Below the pieces are notes generated by a model. The model was not told the origin of the DNA. It saw only the letters and a program-made list of their open reading frames with translations, and ran no database searches. A DNA stretch of 64,000 nucleotides from Thermoanaerobaculia bacterium (GTDB lineage Bacteria > Acidobacteriota > Thermoanaerobaculia > Multivoradales > Multivoraceae). This document shows positions 44,374 through 54,032 of the stretch, one piece after another. The stretch spans positions 3,072,001-3,136,000 of the forward strand of contig OY762911.1 of NCBI GenBank assembly GCA_963666565.1. The letters run 5' to 3'. Positions within the stretch are counted from its first letter, which is position 1. Every line of letters begins with the position of its first letter. Made by a program: the position numbers and the translations under genes.

Positions 44374-45813
44374 ATGACGTCTCGACTCTCTCCGCTCACG
44401 GCGCTCCTCCTCGCAGCCGTCGCCTCGGCGCCGCTCGCGGCGGCGGATCCCGAACCGCCGGCCATGTTCGGCAACACGCCGGCCCGCAACATGGTGTCGA
44501 GCGCGACGAACCTGCCGACCGCCTGGGACGTGAGATCCGGAGAGAACGTCCTCTGGCGGGCCAAGGTCGGCTCCCAGACCTATGCCGGCCCGGTGGTTCA
44601 CGGCGGCCGGGTCTACGCCGGAACGAACAACGAGGGGCTGCGCCGGCCCGGCATCGAGGGCGACAAGGGCGTCCTCGTCGCGCTGGACAAGGAGACCGGC
44701 CAGCTCCTCTGGCAGGCCACCCACGACAAGCTCGGCGCCGGCCGGGTCAACGACTGGCCGCTCCAGGGCATCTGCTCGACGCCCTACGTCGAGGACGAGC
44801 GCGTCTACTACGTATCCAACCGGGCGACGGTCGTCGCCGCCGACGTGGACGGCTTCCGGGACGGCGTGAACGACGGGATGACGGACGAGCAGTACCGGGA
44901 GGAGCTCGACGCGGACATCGTGTGGGAGTACGACATGATCGGCGAACTCGACGTGTTCCCGCACAACCTGGCCGCCGGGTCGCCCCTGGTCGTCGGCGAC
45001 CTCCTGTTCACGGTCACCGGCGCCGGCGTCGACGAGGGGCACATCAACCTGCCCTCGCCGGCCTCCCCGGCCTTCATCGCGCTCGACAAGAACACCGGCG
45101 AGCTGGTCTGGGAGAGCATCGACAGCAGCGACGCCGTCCTGCACGGCTCCTGGTCGAACCCGGGCTACGGCGTGATCGACGGCCAGCCCCAGATCGCCTT
45201 CCCGGGCGGCGACGGCTGGCTCTACACCTACGAGCCGGCGACCGGCAATTTGCTGTGGAAGTTCGATCTGAACCCCAAGGACTCGATCTGGGAACTCGGC
45301 GGCGCCGGCACCCGCAACAACATCATCTCGACGCCGGTCTTCTACAACAACCGCTTCTACCTCGGCGTCGGCCAGGATCCGGAGCACGGCGAGGGTCCGG
45401 GCCACCTCTACGCCATCGACGCGAACGTCGAGGGAGACGCGACCGGCAGCGCCGCCCTCTGGCACTTCGGCAACGAGGACTTCAACCGGACGATCTCGAC
45501 CGCTGCGATCGCCGACGGCCTGCTCTACATCCCTGATCTGAGCGGCTTCCTCTACGTGCTGGACGTCGAGACCGGAGAGCATCTCTGGACCCACGACACC
45601 TTCGCCGCCGTCTGGGGTTCGGCCTTCGTTGCGGACGGCAAGGTCTACCTCGGCGACGAGGACGGCGACATCGTCGTGCTGGAACACGGTCGCGAGGAGA
45701 AGGTCATCGCCGAGCACAACATGGGCTCGGCCGTGTACACGACGCCGGTCGCGGAGGACGGGAGAATCTACGTGGCGACCCGTTCGGACGTGTTCGCCAT
45801 CGGTTCGGACTGA
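44374..45813 (+). CDS. Secreted PQQ-like (BamB-type) beta-propeller protein 2, paralog of protein 1
   Basis: Signal peptide MTSRLSPLTALLLAAVASAPLAA; MFGNTPARNMV, VNDWPLQGICSTP, ALDKNTGELVW, FPGGDGWLY. Confidence 0.9.
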   Translation: MTSRLSPLTALLLAAVASAPLAAADPEPPAMFGNTPARNMVSSATNLPTAWDVRSGENVLWRAKVGSQTYAGPVVHGGRVYAGTNNEGLRRPGIEGDKGVLVALDKETGQLLWQATHDKLGAGRVNDWPLQGICSTPYVEDERVYYVSNRATVVAADVDGFRDGVNDGMTDEQYREELDADIVWEYDMIGELDVFPHNLAAGSPLVVGDLLFTVTGAGVDEGHINLPSPASPAFIALDKNTGELVWESIDSSDAVLHGSWSNPGYGVIDGQPQIAFPGGDGWLYTYEPATGNLLWKFDLNPKDSIWELGGAGTRNNIISTPVFYNNRFYLGVGQDPEHGEGPGHLYAIDANVEGDATGSAALWHFGNEDFNRTISTAAIADGLLYIPDLSGFLYVLDVETGEHLWTHDTFAAVWGSAFVADGKVYLGDEDGDIVVLEHGREEKVIAEHNMGSAVYTTPVAEDGRIYVATRSDVFAIGSD

Positions 45814-45901
45814 GAGGCGCTCCGAGCCACCGGTTGGCTGTGGAACTCGCGCGAGCAGCCTGCGGCCGGGATCCGGTTGCGCCGGAGAGGCCGGGCGCTC
45901 G

Positions 45902-47272
45902 ATGAGCCAGGCAGGAGGCGTCGCGACGGCCGTGGGCATCAAGAGAGGTCAGCGTCCGCTCCCGGCGGAGGACTCCTGGAGCGTGGACACCGCGCCGGGC
46001 CGCGTTCTGTTCGGCGCCGGGGTGATCGACCGCCTCGGCGAACTCGTCCGGGAGCGGGGCGGGGGCCGCGTCCTCGTGGTGACGGATCCCGGCATCGTCG
46101 CCTCGGGTCACGCCGACCGGGCCGCGGAGTCGCTGCGGAGCGCGGGTCTCGAGGTCGCCGTCTTCGACGCCGTCGAGGAGAACCCGGGCGAGCGTCATGT
46201 AGCGGCCGCCGCTGCCGCCGCCGCGGAGCACCGGGCCGGCTTTCTCGTCGGCCTCGGCGGCGGTTCCGCGATGGACTGCGCCAAGGGCGCCAACTTCGTG
46301 TTCACCAACGGCGGCCGGATGGAGGACTACTGGGGCTTCGGCAAGGCCTCGAAGCCGATGCTGCCGTCGGTCGGCGTTCCGTGTACCGCCGGCACCGGCA
46401 GCGAGTCCCAGTCGTTCGCCGTCATCTCGCGGGAAGACGACCACCGCAAGATGGCCTGTGGCGACCCGAAAGCCCGGTTCGCGGCCACGCTGCTCGATCC
46501 GGAGCTCGTGCGGACGGCGCCGCCCGAGGTCATGGCCGCGACCGGCCTGGACGCCCTGTCGCACGCGCTCGAGAGCTTCGTCTGCACCGCGGCCAACCCG
46601 TACGCCCGGATGTTCGCGTCGGAGGGCTTCGCGCGGCTGCTGCGGGGGTTCGAGGCGGTGGTCGAGGCGCAGCCGGGCGGCGGTGCTTCCGGCGAAGAGG
46701 CCGCCAGGCGGGAAGCCGGCGCCGGCAGCGAAGCAACCGAGGCCGGCAACGGAGCAGCCGGGGCCGCCAGCGGAGAAGCCGAGACCGGAGGTGACTCGGC
46801 CGGCGCCGGTGGCGGAGAAGCCAAGGCCGGCTCGACCGAACTCTGGGGCGAGATGCTGCTCGGCGCCCACTTCGCCGGGGCCGCCATCGAGGCGTCCATG
46901 CTCGGCGCCGCCCACGGGCTGGCCAATCCGCTCACCGCTCGCTACGACATCACTCATGGCGTGGCGGTGGCCGTCATGCTCGACCACGTCGTGCGGTTCA
47001 ACGGCGCGGCCGCCGGCGCCGCCTACGGCGACCTTGCGCGGCTTGCCTTCGCCGGCTCGGCGGACAACGGCGGCGCCGCCGAGCGGCTGGCCGGGCTGTG
47101 GGCTGGCCTGCGGGACCGCGCGGGCGTCGCGGCCAGATTGCGCGACCTGGACGTCCGGGAGGCCGAACTCCAGCTTCTGGCGTCGCAGGCGGCCGAGCAG
47201 TGGACGGCACAGTTCAACCCGCGGGCGGCCTCCCCCTCCGATATGCTGGCGCTCTATCGGGCGGCGTTCTGA
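45902..47272 (+). CDS. Iron-containing alcohol dehydrogenase family protein
   Basis: LVVTDPG, GLGGGSAMDCAKG, PCTAGTGSE, GLDALSHALES, GAAHGLANPL..ITHGVAV (metal-binding D/H/H/H). Confidence 0.93.
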   Translation: MSQAGGVATAVGIKRGQRPLPAEDSWSVDTAPGRVLFGAGVIDRLGELVRERGGGRVLVVTDPGIVASGHADRAAESLRSAGLEVAVFDAVEENPGERHVAAAAAAAAEHRAGFLVGLGGGSAMDCAKGANFVFTNGGRMEDYWGFGKASKPMLPSVGVPCTAGTGSESQSFAVISREDDHRKMACGDPKARFAATLLDPELVRTAPPEVMAATGLDALSHALESFVCTAANPYARMFASEGFARLLRGFEAVVEAQPGGGASGEEAARREAGAGSEATEAGNGAAGAASGEAETGGDSAGAGGGEAKAGSTELWGEMLLGAHFAGAAIEASMLGAAHGLANPLTARYDITHGVAVAVMLDHVVRFNGAAAGAAYGDLARLAFAGSADNGGAAERLAGLWAGLRDRAGVAARLRDLDVREAELQLLASQAAEQWTAQFNPRAASPSDMLALYRAAF

Positions 47273-47329
47273 GGCCGCCCCGGCCCCGCGAAGACACCCC
47301 TCGACCGGAAGATCAGCCGAGACCCTGCC

Positions 47330-48616
47330 GTGCCGGAGAGTCGAACCCCAGGGAAGCGCGCTGTCCGGCGCCGTCCGCACGGGCAGGGGACGGTCCTGGC
47401 CGCGGCGCTGGCCGGTCTGTTCGGCCTGCCGATCCTGCTCGGCTCGGCCTTTCTCTCCGGCGCCGGGTTCGTGCCCGGCTCGGCAGTCCTTCCCGGCGCC
47501 GACGCCGGGGCGGACGACGCCGAAGACCGGCAGGCGCCCGCGGCCGGTTCTCTCTTCCGGCCCTCCGCCGATTCCTGGCCGGTCTTTCGGGGCAACCTGC
47601 TCGGCACCGGCGTCGCCGGCACCACGTTGCCGGACGATCCGAAACTGCTGTGGACCTTCGACACGGAGAGCGAGATCGAGGGCACGGCGGCGATCGTGGG
47701 CGGCGTCGTTTACTTCGGCGACTTCGAGGGCCGCGTCTACGCCCTGACCCTGGCCGGGGGCAGGGAGCTTTGGCGCTTCGAGGCCGGCACGCCGATCAAG
47801 GCGCCGGTATCCGTCTTCGACGGCGTCGTCTACGTCGGCGACGAGTACGGCTTCGTCTACGCGCTGGACGCCGCCACCGGGGAGCAGCAGTGGAGGTTCG
47901 AGACGCTGGGCGAGATCTACGCCGGCGTTTCTCTCTACGAGTCGCCCGAGGGAGGGAACCGCCTGCTCGTGGGCTCCTACGACAACTCGCTCTACTGCCT
48001 GGACCGGGCCAGCGGCGAGAAGGTGTGGCAGGTCGAGACGGAGGGCTACGTCCACGGGACGCCGGCGATCGCCGGCGGGCTGACCACCGTGTCCGGCTGC
48101 GACGGCTTCCTGTGGCTGATCGACATCGAGTCGGGCGAGACGGTCCAGAAGATCAACCTGCACGGGCAGGCCGCGTCGAGCCCGGCGGTGGTGGGGAGCA
48201 TGGCCTACGTGGCCACCTACGAGAACGAAGTCCTCGCGATCGACCTCGAGAAGCGCGAGGTCGCCTGGGCCTACGAGCACGAGGTGCGCAAGTTCCCCTT
48301 CTACGCCTCGGCGGCGGCGGACGACGAGATCGTCGTCATCGGCGGGCGGGACAAGATCGTCCACGCCCTCGATCCCCGAACCGGCGAGCGGCAGTGGGAG
48401 TGGAACAGCGGCGCGCGGCTCGACTCCTCGCCGGTCATCGTGGGCGACCGGATCTTCCTGGGCTCGAATCGCGGCCCCGTCCTTGCCCTCGACAAGGCGA
48501 CGGGCGAGCCGGTGTGGGAGTTCGACACCGGCTCGGCGATCGTGGCCTCGCCCGCCGTGGCCGCGGAGCGCCTCGTCATCGGCAGCCTCGACGGCACTCT
48601 GTACTGCTTCGGTTGA
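47330..48616 (+). CDS. PQQ-like (BamB-type) beta-propeller protein 3
   Basis: WPVFRGN..TG followed by about 8 regular blades (VYxGxxxGxVYALDxxTGxxxW), ending DGTLYCFG. Confidence 0.9.
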   Translation: MPESRTPGKRAVRRRPHGQGTVLAAALAGLFGLPILLGSAFLSGAGFVPGSAVLPGADAGADDAEDRQAPAAGSLFRPSADSWPVFRGNLLGTGVAGTTLPDDPKLLWTFDTESEIEGTAAIVGGVVYFGDFEGRVYALTLAGGRELWRFEAGTPIKAPVSVFDGVVYVGDEYGFVYALDAATGEQQWRFETLGEIYAGVSLYESPEGGNRLLVGSYDNSLYCLDRASGEKVWQVETEGYVHGTPAIAGGLTTVSGCDGFLWLIDIESGETVQKINLHGQAASSPAVVGSMAYVATYENEVLAIDLEKREVAWAYEHEVRKFPFYASAAADDEIVVIGGRDKIVHALDPRTGERQWEWNSGARLDSSPVIVGDRIFLGSNRGPVLALDKATGEPVWEFDTGSAIVASPAVAAERLVIGSLDGTLYCFG

Positions 48617-48633
48617 GGGAGGGGTCGCTGGAG

Positions 48634-50019
48634 ATGAAGGGCGAAGCGCCGGAAGCCACGGGAACCGGGGCCGGCGAGCCGGCGTCGGTCCGGGCCGAGC
48701 CGGCGACCGGTCTGCTCGACCTCGAAGCGACGGACATCGGCTCCGTCTTCGTCTCGAACTACCCGCCGTACTCGGCCTGGAACGAGGCGGCGGTGGCGGA
48801 CGCGATGGCGGCCCTCGACCGCGAGCCGGCGCCGGACACGTCGCTCGGCCTCTACATCCACATCCCGTTCTGCCGCAAGCGCTGCAAGTTCTGCTACTTC
48901 CGCGTCTACATCGACAAGAACCACGAACAGATCGGCCGCTACCTGGACGCCCTGGGCGCCGAGATCGAGCGCTACGCCGAGCGGGAGGCGGTCCGGGGCC
49001 GCGGCCTCGACTTCGTCTACTTCGGGGGCGGCACGCCGTCCTACATCGCCGCCAAGCAGTTGATTCCGCTGGCCGAGAGGCTGCAGGGCGTGATCCCGTG
49101 GAGTACGGCGGAGGAGGTCGCCTTCGAGTGCGAACCAGGGACGCTGACGCGGTCCAAGCTGGAGGCGATCCGGAGCATCGGCGTCACCCGGCTGAGCCTC
49201 GGCGTGGAGAACTTCGACGACGAGATCCTTCAGGAGAACGGCCGCGCGCACGTCTCGAAAGAGATCTACCGGGTGCGCGACTGGATCCGGGAACAGGACT
49301 TCCGGCAACTGAACGTGGACCTGATCGCCGGGATGGTCGGCGAGACGTGGGAGAGCTGGAAGCGGACGGTCGAGCTGACGATCGACTACGACCCGGACTC
49401 GATCACGCTCTACCAGATGGAGCTTCCGTTCAACACGGTGTACTCGAAGGCGCGGCTGCGCGGCGACGAGGACGTGCCGCCGTTCGCCGACTGGCGCACG
49501 AAGCGCGAATGGCACGCCTACGCCTTCGAGCAGTTCGAGCGAGCCGGCTTCGAGCGCTGGAGCGCCTACACGATGATGCGCCGCGACCGCGGCTGCAAGT
49601 TCGTCTACGCCCGCGAGGTCTGGAGCGGCGCCGACATGATCCCGATCGGGGTCTCTTCGTTCGGCCACATCGGCGGCGTCCACATGCAGAACCACGACCG
49701 CTGGGACGGCTACCTGGCGGCGGTCGACGCCGGCGGCCTGGCGACCCGGCGGGCGCTGGCGACCTCGTCGCGCGAGCGGCTGACGCGGGAGGTCATCCTG
49801 CAGCTCAAGAAGGGATGGCTGGAGCGCGCCGCGTTCGAGCGGAAGTTCGGCGTCGACGTCGTTGCCGACTACGCCGATGCCTTCGGCAGCCTCGCCGAGC
49901 AGGGTCTCGCGGAGATCGGCGCGGAGCGGGTCGAACTCAGCGAGGGCGGGCTGTTGCGGGTGGACCAGTTGCTGCCGCGGTTCTACGACGAGCGGTACCG
50001 CGGCGCCCGCTACACATAG
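48634..50019 (+). CDS. HemN-like radical SAM protein
   Basis: LYIHIPFCRKRCKFCYF (CxxxCxxC), YFGGGTPS, ECEP, TRLSLGVE, NVDLIAG, IGVSSFG; GGAGG upstream. Confidence 0.92.
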   Translation: MKGEAPEATGTGAGEPASVRAEPATGLLDLEATDIGSVFVSNYPPYSAWNEAAVADAMAALDREPAPDTSLGLYIHIPFCRKRCKFCYFRVYIDKNHEQIGRYLDALGAEIERYAEREAVRGRGLDFVYFGGGTPSYIAAKQLIPLAERLQGVIPWSTAEEVAFECEPGTLTRSKLEAIRSIGVTRLSLGVENFDDEILQENGRAHVSKEIYRVRDWIREQDFRQLNVDLIAGMVGETWESWKRTVELTIDYDPDSITLYQMELPFNTVYSKARLRGDEDVPPFADWRTKREWHAYAFEQFERAGFERWSAYTMMRRDRGCKFVYAREVWSGADMIPIGVSSFGHIGGVHMQNHDRWDGYLAAVDAGGLATRRALATSSRERLTREVILQLKKGWLERAAFERKFGVDVVADYADAFGSLAEQGLAEIGAERVELSEGGLLRVDQLLPRFYDERYRGARYT

Positions 50020-50026
50020 CAACGGA

Positions 50027-50098
50027 CGCCGGCCTCACGGCCGGCGCGACCTTCTGGCCGCCTTCGACGCAGGCGGGTCAGAAGACCCGCGTACCCAG
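50027..50098 (+). repeat. Composite multi-hairpin REP unit between convergent genes
   Basis: CGCCGGCC-TCAC-GGCCGGCG (50027-50046), a degenerate GCCGCCTTCG hairpin, then the REP at 50073-50098; matches the right half of the 61581 element. Confidence 0.8.
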
Positions 50099-50117
50099 CT
50101 CCGACGCACCCGGTGGG

Positions 50118-52517
50118 TCAGAAGTCGAAGCCGAGCTGCAGGCCGACCTCCGCGGGCGGCGCCCAGATGGCGAGCGATCCGGTGTAGTTCACGAAGAACT
50201 GGCTGAGCCGGTACTCCTCGTCGCCGAGATTGCGCCCGTAGGCGGCCACGAACACGCGGCCCTGGGCCGAGGTCCAGCGCAACTGGGCGTGGAACAGGCT
50301 GTAGGAGGGCTGGACGAAGCGCTCGAACGAGTCGAAGGCGACGTCGTCCGTGTACTGGTACTCGCCGCGGGCCATCAGCGAGCCGCTGCCGCCGAGGTCG
50401 AACGTGTACTGGACCGACGCCGTCGCCGAAAGATCGGGCGCCCGCGGCAGGCCGTTGCCGGACAAGTCGGTGGGCGGGATCGGCAGCGAGCCGCCGCCGC
50501 CCTGCAGCACCTGGGCCGGATCGATCAGGCCCGCGGCCAGCAACCCCTCCACGAACTCGGCCTGGAGCACCGGATCGAGCGTCGTGAACTCGGTGAACTC
50601 GTCGTCCAGCAACTCAAGCGACAGGTCGAAGGAGAACTGCCGGTTCGGCCGCGCCGAGAGCTCGAAGTCGAGCCCCCGGATCCGGGCGTTGGCGGCGTTC
50701 TCGACCACCGAACGATCGGGATAGAGCACCGCCACCTGCAGGTCGTCGTAGTCGTAGTGGAAGGCGGCGGCGTTGATCCGCACCTTGCGGTCGGCGAGGG
50801 AGGACTTGACGCCGATCTCGAAGCTGGTCACCGTCTCTTCGTCGAAGGCCGGCTGCAGCGAGATCGAGTTGTAGCCGCCGCTCTTGTAGCCGGCGGTCGC
50901 CGCGCCGTAGAACATCACGCTGTCCGACGGGCGGTACTCGAGGCCCAGCTTCGGCGTCAGCGCGCTCCAACTGTCGCTCAGCATCTGCTCATCCGGGATG
51001 AAGGTCTCGAAGTTCAACGCGGCCTGGTCGTGGTCCTTCTCGTCGGCGGTGTAGCGCAGGCCGGTGGTCAGGGTGACGCGGTCGCTCAGCAGCCAGTCGA
51101 CCTGGCCGTAGGCGGCGTAGAGCGAACTGTCGAGGTTCGTCTCGAACGGCAGGGAGGTGGTGGTTCCCGGCAGCGGCAGGCCGATGAAGGGCGCCACGGC
51201 GTTGTAGTAGTTCGGCCCGCACAGGAACGACGGCGCCAGGAAGCCGAGCGAACAGAAGTTCGTCGGGTCGAACAGGAACGTCTGCGGACTGTTCGCGAAC
51301 AGCCAGACGCCGAGCATCGCGGTGTCCGTGACGTTGTCGATCTTCGTCCGGCTCTCCTCGCCGAAGGCGTACGCCCCGGCGACCCAGTTGGCGCGCTGGT
51401 TGGCGCCGTGAAGCTGGAACTCCTGCGACCACCACTGGGACGCGTAGACGCCGGCGTTGACGACGAAGGGGTTGGGCGAGGCGTCGATGTCCGTCACCCG
51501 GCTCGAATCGAACTCGCGCCAACTGCTGATCGAGGTGAAGCTCGCGCCGCTCGCCATCGCCTTGTTCACGTGCAGCGAGAAGCCGGACTCTTCGTATGGA
51601 GACGACGGAGGGGTGTCCGCCGTGACCTTGTGGACGTCGTCGGGATCGGCGTAGCCGTAGAAGCGGTTCAGGGTTCCCACCGTGCTGTAGGGGGACGAGT
51701 GGAGCTGCTTGAACGAGAAGTTGGCGTGGGCGTCGTCGTCCGTGCTGTCGGCCCGGACGGTGAACGTGAGCGAGTCGGAAGGCAGGAAAGTGAGCGAGCC
51801 CCGGAGCGTGACGCCGTCGAAGTTGTCGGCGCTCTGGCCCAGGAAGTCGTTGTACGTCGGGTCGCCGACCTGGGCCGAGACGCCGGTGAAGCGGCCCAGC
51901 ACCTTGCTCGAGACCGGGCCGGTGAGCGACATGCCGTAGCGGCGGCCTTCCGCCGACTCGCTCGAGTCGAACTCGGAGAACGAGGTGAAAACGCGCCCGC
52001 GGAACTGGCCCTCCGGCGCCCGGGTGACGACGTTCACCGCGCCGGCGGTCGAGTTCCGGCCCCACAGCGTGCCCTGGGGGCCGCGCAGGATCTCGATCCT
52101 CTCCAGGTCGAGGAAGGGGTTGACCGCCGCCTGCGGTCGCGGCATGTAGACGCCGTCCACGTAGTAGCCGACCGTCGGCTCGCTGCCGATGCCGAGCGTC
52201 GCCGACCCGATGCCGCGAATGTAGATGGCGACTTCGCCGGTGGTCGGGCTCTGGCCCGAGATGACGACGCCGGGCGAGGCCTCGGCCAGGGCCTGCACGT
52301 CGCCGATCGCCTGTCGTTCGAGCTCCTCGCCCGAACGGGTGACGATCGAGATCGGGACGTCCTGGATCGCCTCCTCGACGCGCTGCGCGGTGACGGTGAT
52401 CTCGTCGGCGACGATGGACTCCGGGTCGTCCGGGTCCTGGGCCGTCGCGGCGCCGCCGGCGAGAAGGGCCGGCAGCAGGAAGAGGAAGGTCGTCGGAAGG
52501 GCGAAGTTCGAGCGCAT
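50118..52517 (-). CDS. TonB-dependent receptor
   Basis: Signal peptide, DEITVTAQRVEE.IQDVPISI, IYIRGIG, ERIEILRGPQGTLWGRNSTAGAVNVVT, GYKSGGYN, terminal GLQLGFDF. Confidence 0.95.
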   Translation of the reverse strand: MRSNFALPTTFLFLLPALLAGGAATAQDPDDPESIVADEITVTAQRVEEAIQDVPISIVTRSGEELERQAIGDVQALAEASPGVVISGQSPTTGEVAIYIRGIGSATLGIGSEPTVGYYVDGVYMPRPQAAVNPFLDLERIEILRGPQGTLWGRNSTAGAVNVVTRAPEGQFRGRVFTSFSEFDSSESAEGRRYGMSLTGPVSSKVLGRFTGVSAQVGDPTYNDFLGQSADNFDGVTLRGSLTFLPSDSLTFTVRADSTDDDAHANFSFKQLHSSPYSTVGTLNRFYGYADPDDVHKVTADTPPSSPYEESGFSLHVNKAMASGASFTSISSWREFDSSRVTDIDASPNPFVVNAGVYASQWWSQEFQLHGANQRANWVAGAYAFGEESRTKIDNVTDTAMLGVWLFANSPQTFLFDPTNFCSLGFLAPSFLCGPNYYNAVAPFIGLPLPGTTTSLPFETNLDSSLYAAYGQVDWLLSDRVTLTTGLRYTADEKDHDQAALNFETFIPDEQMLSDSWSALTPKLGLEYRPSDSVMFYGAATAGYKSGGYNSISLQPAFDEETVTSFEIGVKSSLADRKVRINAAAFHYDYDDLQVAVLYPDRSVVENAANARIRGLDFELSARPNRQFSFDLSLELLDDEFTEFTTLDPVLQAEFVEGLLAAGLIDPAQVLQGGGGSLPIPPTDLSGNGLPRAPDLSATASVQYTFDLGGSGSLMARGEYQYTDDVAFDSFERFVQPSYSLFHAQLRWTSAQGRVFVAAYGRNLGDEEYRLSQFFVNYTGSLAIWAPPAEVGLQLGFDF

Positions 52518-52692
52518 CGGCAGGTACCTCTCGTGACTGGAAGGTGGGCGCGACGGGCGACTGGAAGAACTCGCCGCGCGCGCAGCGGCGGCAGGCTACA
52601 ACAAACGGGACTACGTGCCGAAGGCGGTTCGGGTTGCCCGTGCGGCGGTTCGCCGGTGGCCGCCGCCGATGCTCTGCCGTAGACTCCCCGCC

Positions 52693-54009
52693 GTGTTCGC
52701 CGCGAGTTCCTACGACCTGATCGTGATCGGCGCCGGGCCGGGCGGCTCGGCGGCGGCGGCCATCGCCGCCCGCGGCGGCCTGCGGACCCTGCTGCTGGAA
52801 CGGGAGGCAGCGCCCGTCTTCAAGATCGGCGAATCGCTCATGCCGGACACCCACGGCGTGTTCGAGAAGATGGGCGCGCTGGACCGCATGAAGAAGAGCC
52901 GCTTCGTGGAGAAGCACTCCGTCCAGTTCTTCACGAAGACGGGCAAGGCGTCCATGCCGTTCTACTTCGAGAAGGAACGGCCGGGCGACGACAGCGCTCG
53001 CACCTGGCAGGTGCGCCGCTCCGAGTTCGACCAGCTCCTGATGGACGCGGCGGCGGAGCAGGGCGCGGAGGTCCGCCGCGGCGTCAACGTCCGCGACGTG
53101 CTGTTCGACGGCGGACGGGCGGTCGGGGTGCGGGCGACCGCGGCGGGCAACGGCGGGCCGGTCGAGATCGCGAGCCGGGTCGTCGTCGACGCCACCGGCC
53201 AGAGCGCGATGCTCTCGCGCCGGCTCGACCTTGGCCGGGTCGACTACGGGCTGCGCCACGCCTCGATCTACACCCACTTCCGCGGCGCGATCCGGGACGA
53301 GGGCAAGGACGAGGGCGCGACGCTCATCCTGCACACGAAGTCCGGGGAGAACTGGTTCTGGTACATCCCGCTGGCCGGCGACGTGGTCAGCGTCGGCGTC
53401 GTCGGGCCGATGGACGCGCTGATCCGCAACCGGGAGGGCAGGCCGCACGAGATCTTCTTCGAGGAGGTCCGCAACTGCGCCGAGATCGAGCGGCGCATCG
53501 CGCCCGCGGTCCAGTGCCGCCCCGTGTCCGTGATGAAGGACTTCTCCTACCGGATCGAGAAGATGGCGGGCGACGGCTGGATCGCGATCGGCGACGCGTT
53601 CTCCTTCATCGATCCGGTCTACTCGTCGGGGGTCTTCCTGGCGCTCAAGTCGGGCGAGATGGCGGCCGAAGCGGCGATCGGGGCGGTCGCCGCGGACGAC
53701 GTCTCCGGCGAGCGGCTCGGAGCGTTCCAGCCGCTGCTGATGCGCGGCGTCGAGGCGGTGCGGCAACTGGTCAACGTCTTCTACGACCGGAACTTCAGCG
53801 TCGGCGCGTTCCTGAGGCTCTACCCGCAGCACCAGAGCAAGGTGACCCGGATCCTGATCGGCGACGTGTTCGATCTGGACTTCACGTCGATGTTCGAGGA
53901 CATGGCGGCTTTCGCGGCGGCGGGTCGGAAGACCCGCGCACCCAGCGGAGGCCCGGTCTCCCTGCCGCCTGCGGCGACGGCGGGTCGGAAGACCCGCGCA
54001 CCCGGTTGA
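52693..54009 (+). CDS. Flavin-dependent halogenase-like oxidoreductase
   Basis: YDLIVIGAGPGG, FKIGESLMP, FVEK, WQVRRSEFD, VVDATGQ, WFWYIPL (WxWxIP), GDAFSFIDPVYSSGV; TAGACT lies 7 nt before GTG 52693. Confidence 0.85.
   Translation: MFAASSYDLIVIGAGPGGSAAAAIAARGGLRTLLLEREAAPVFKIGESLMPDTHGVFEKMGALDRMKKSRFVEKHSVQFFTKTGKASMPFYFEKERPGDDSARTWQVRRSEFDQLLMDAAAEQGAEVRRGVNVRDVLFDGGRAVGVRATAAGNGGPVEIASRVVVDATGQSAMLSRRLDLGRVDYGLRHASIYTHFRGAIRDEGKDEGATLILHTKSGENWFWYIPLAGDVVSVGVVGPMDALIRNREGRPHEIFFEEVRNCAEIERRIAPAVQCRPVSVMKDFSYRIEKMAGDGWIAIGDAFSFIDPVYSSGVFLALKSGEMAAEAAIGAVAADDVSGERLGAFQPLLMRGVEAVRQLVNVFYDRNFSVGAFLRLYPQHQSKVTRILIGDVFDLDFTSMFEDMAAFAAAGRKTRAPSGGPVSLPPAATAGRKTRAPG
53920..54005 (+). repeat. 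Two direct REP copies (60-bp period) in the 3' end of the halogenase-like CDS
   Basis: GCGGGTCGGAAGACCCGCGCACCC at 53920 and 53980, both read as AGRKTRAP. Confidence 0.92.
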
Positions 54010-54032
54010 GCCGGAAGTCCGCGGGCGGGTTG

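Noticed and set aside
42704-48616. Calling the propellers bamB or PQQ dehydrogenases
   Set aside because: There are three copies, no lipobox and no der/hisS/bamA context, and quinoprotein catalytic motifs are not evident.
48634-50019. Calling this gene hemN or hemW
   Set aside because: The N-terminal motif differs and the context is not heme-related; the symbol is withheld.
48483-52682. 1399-aa plus-strand ORF and other long shadows (32847..36017, 11273..13987, 45704..48364, 50989..53832, 6937..9504)
   Set aside because: They overlap well-supported genes in another frame or strand and have low-complexity Arg/Pro/Gly composition.
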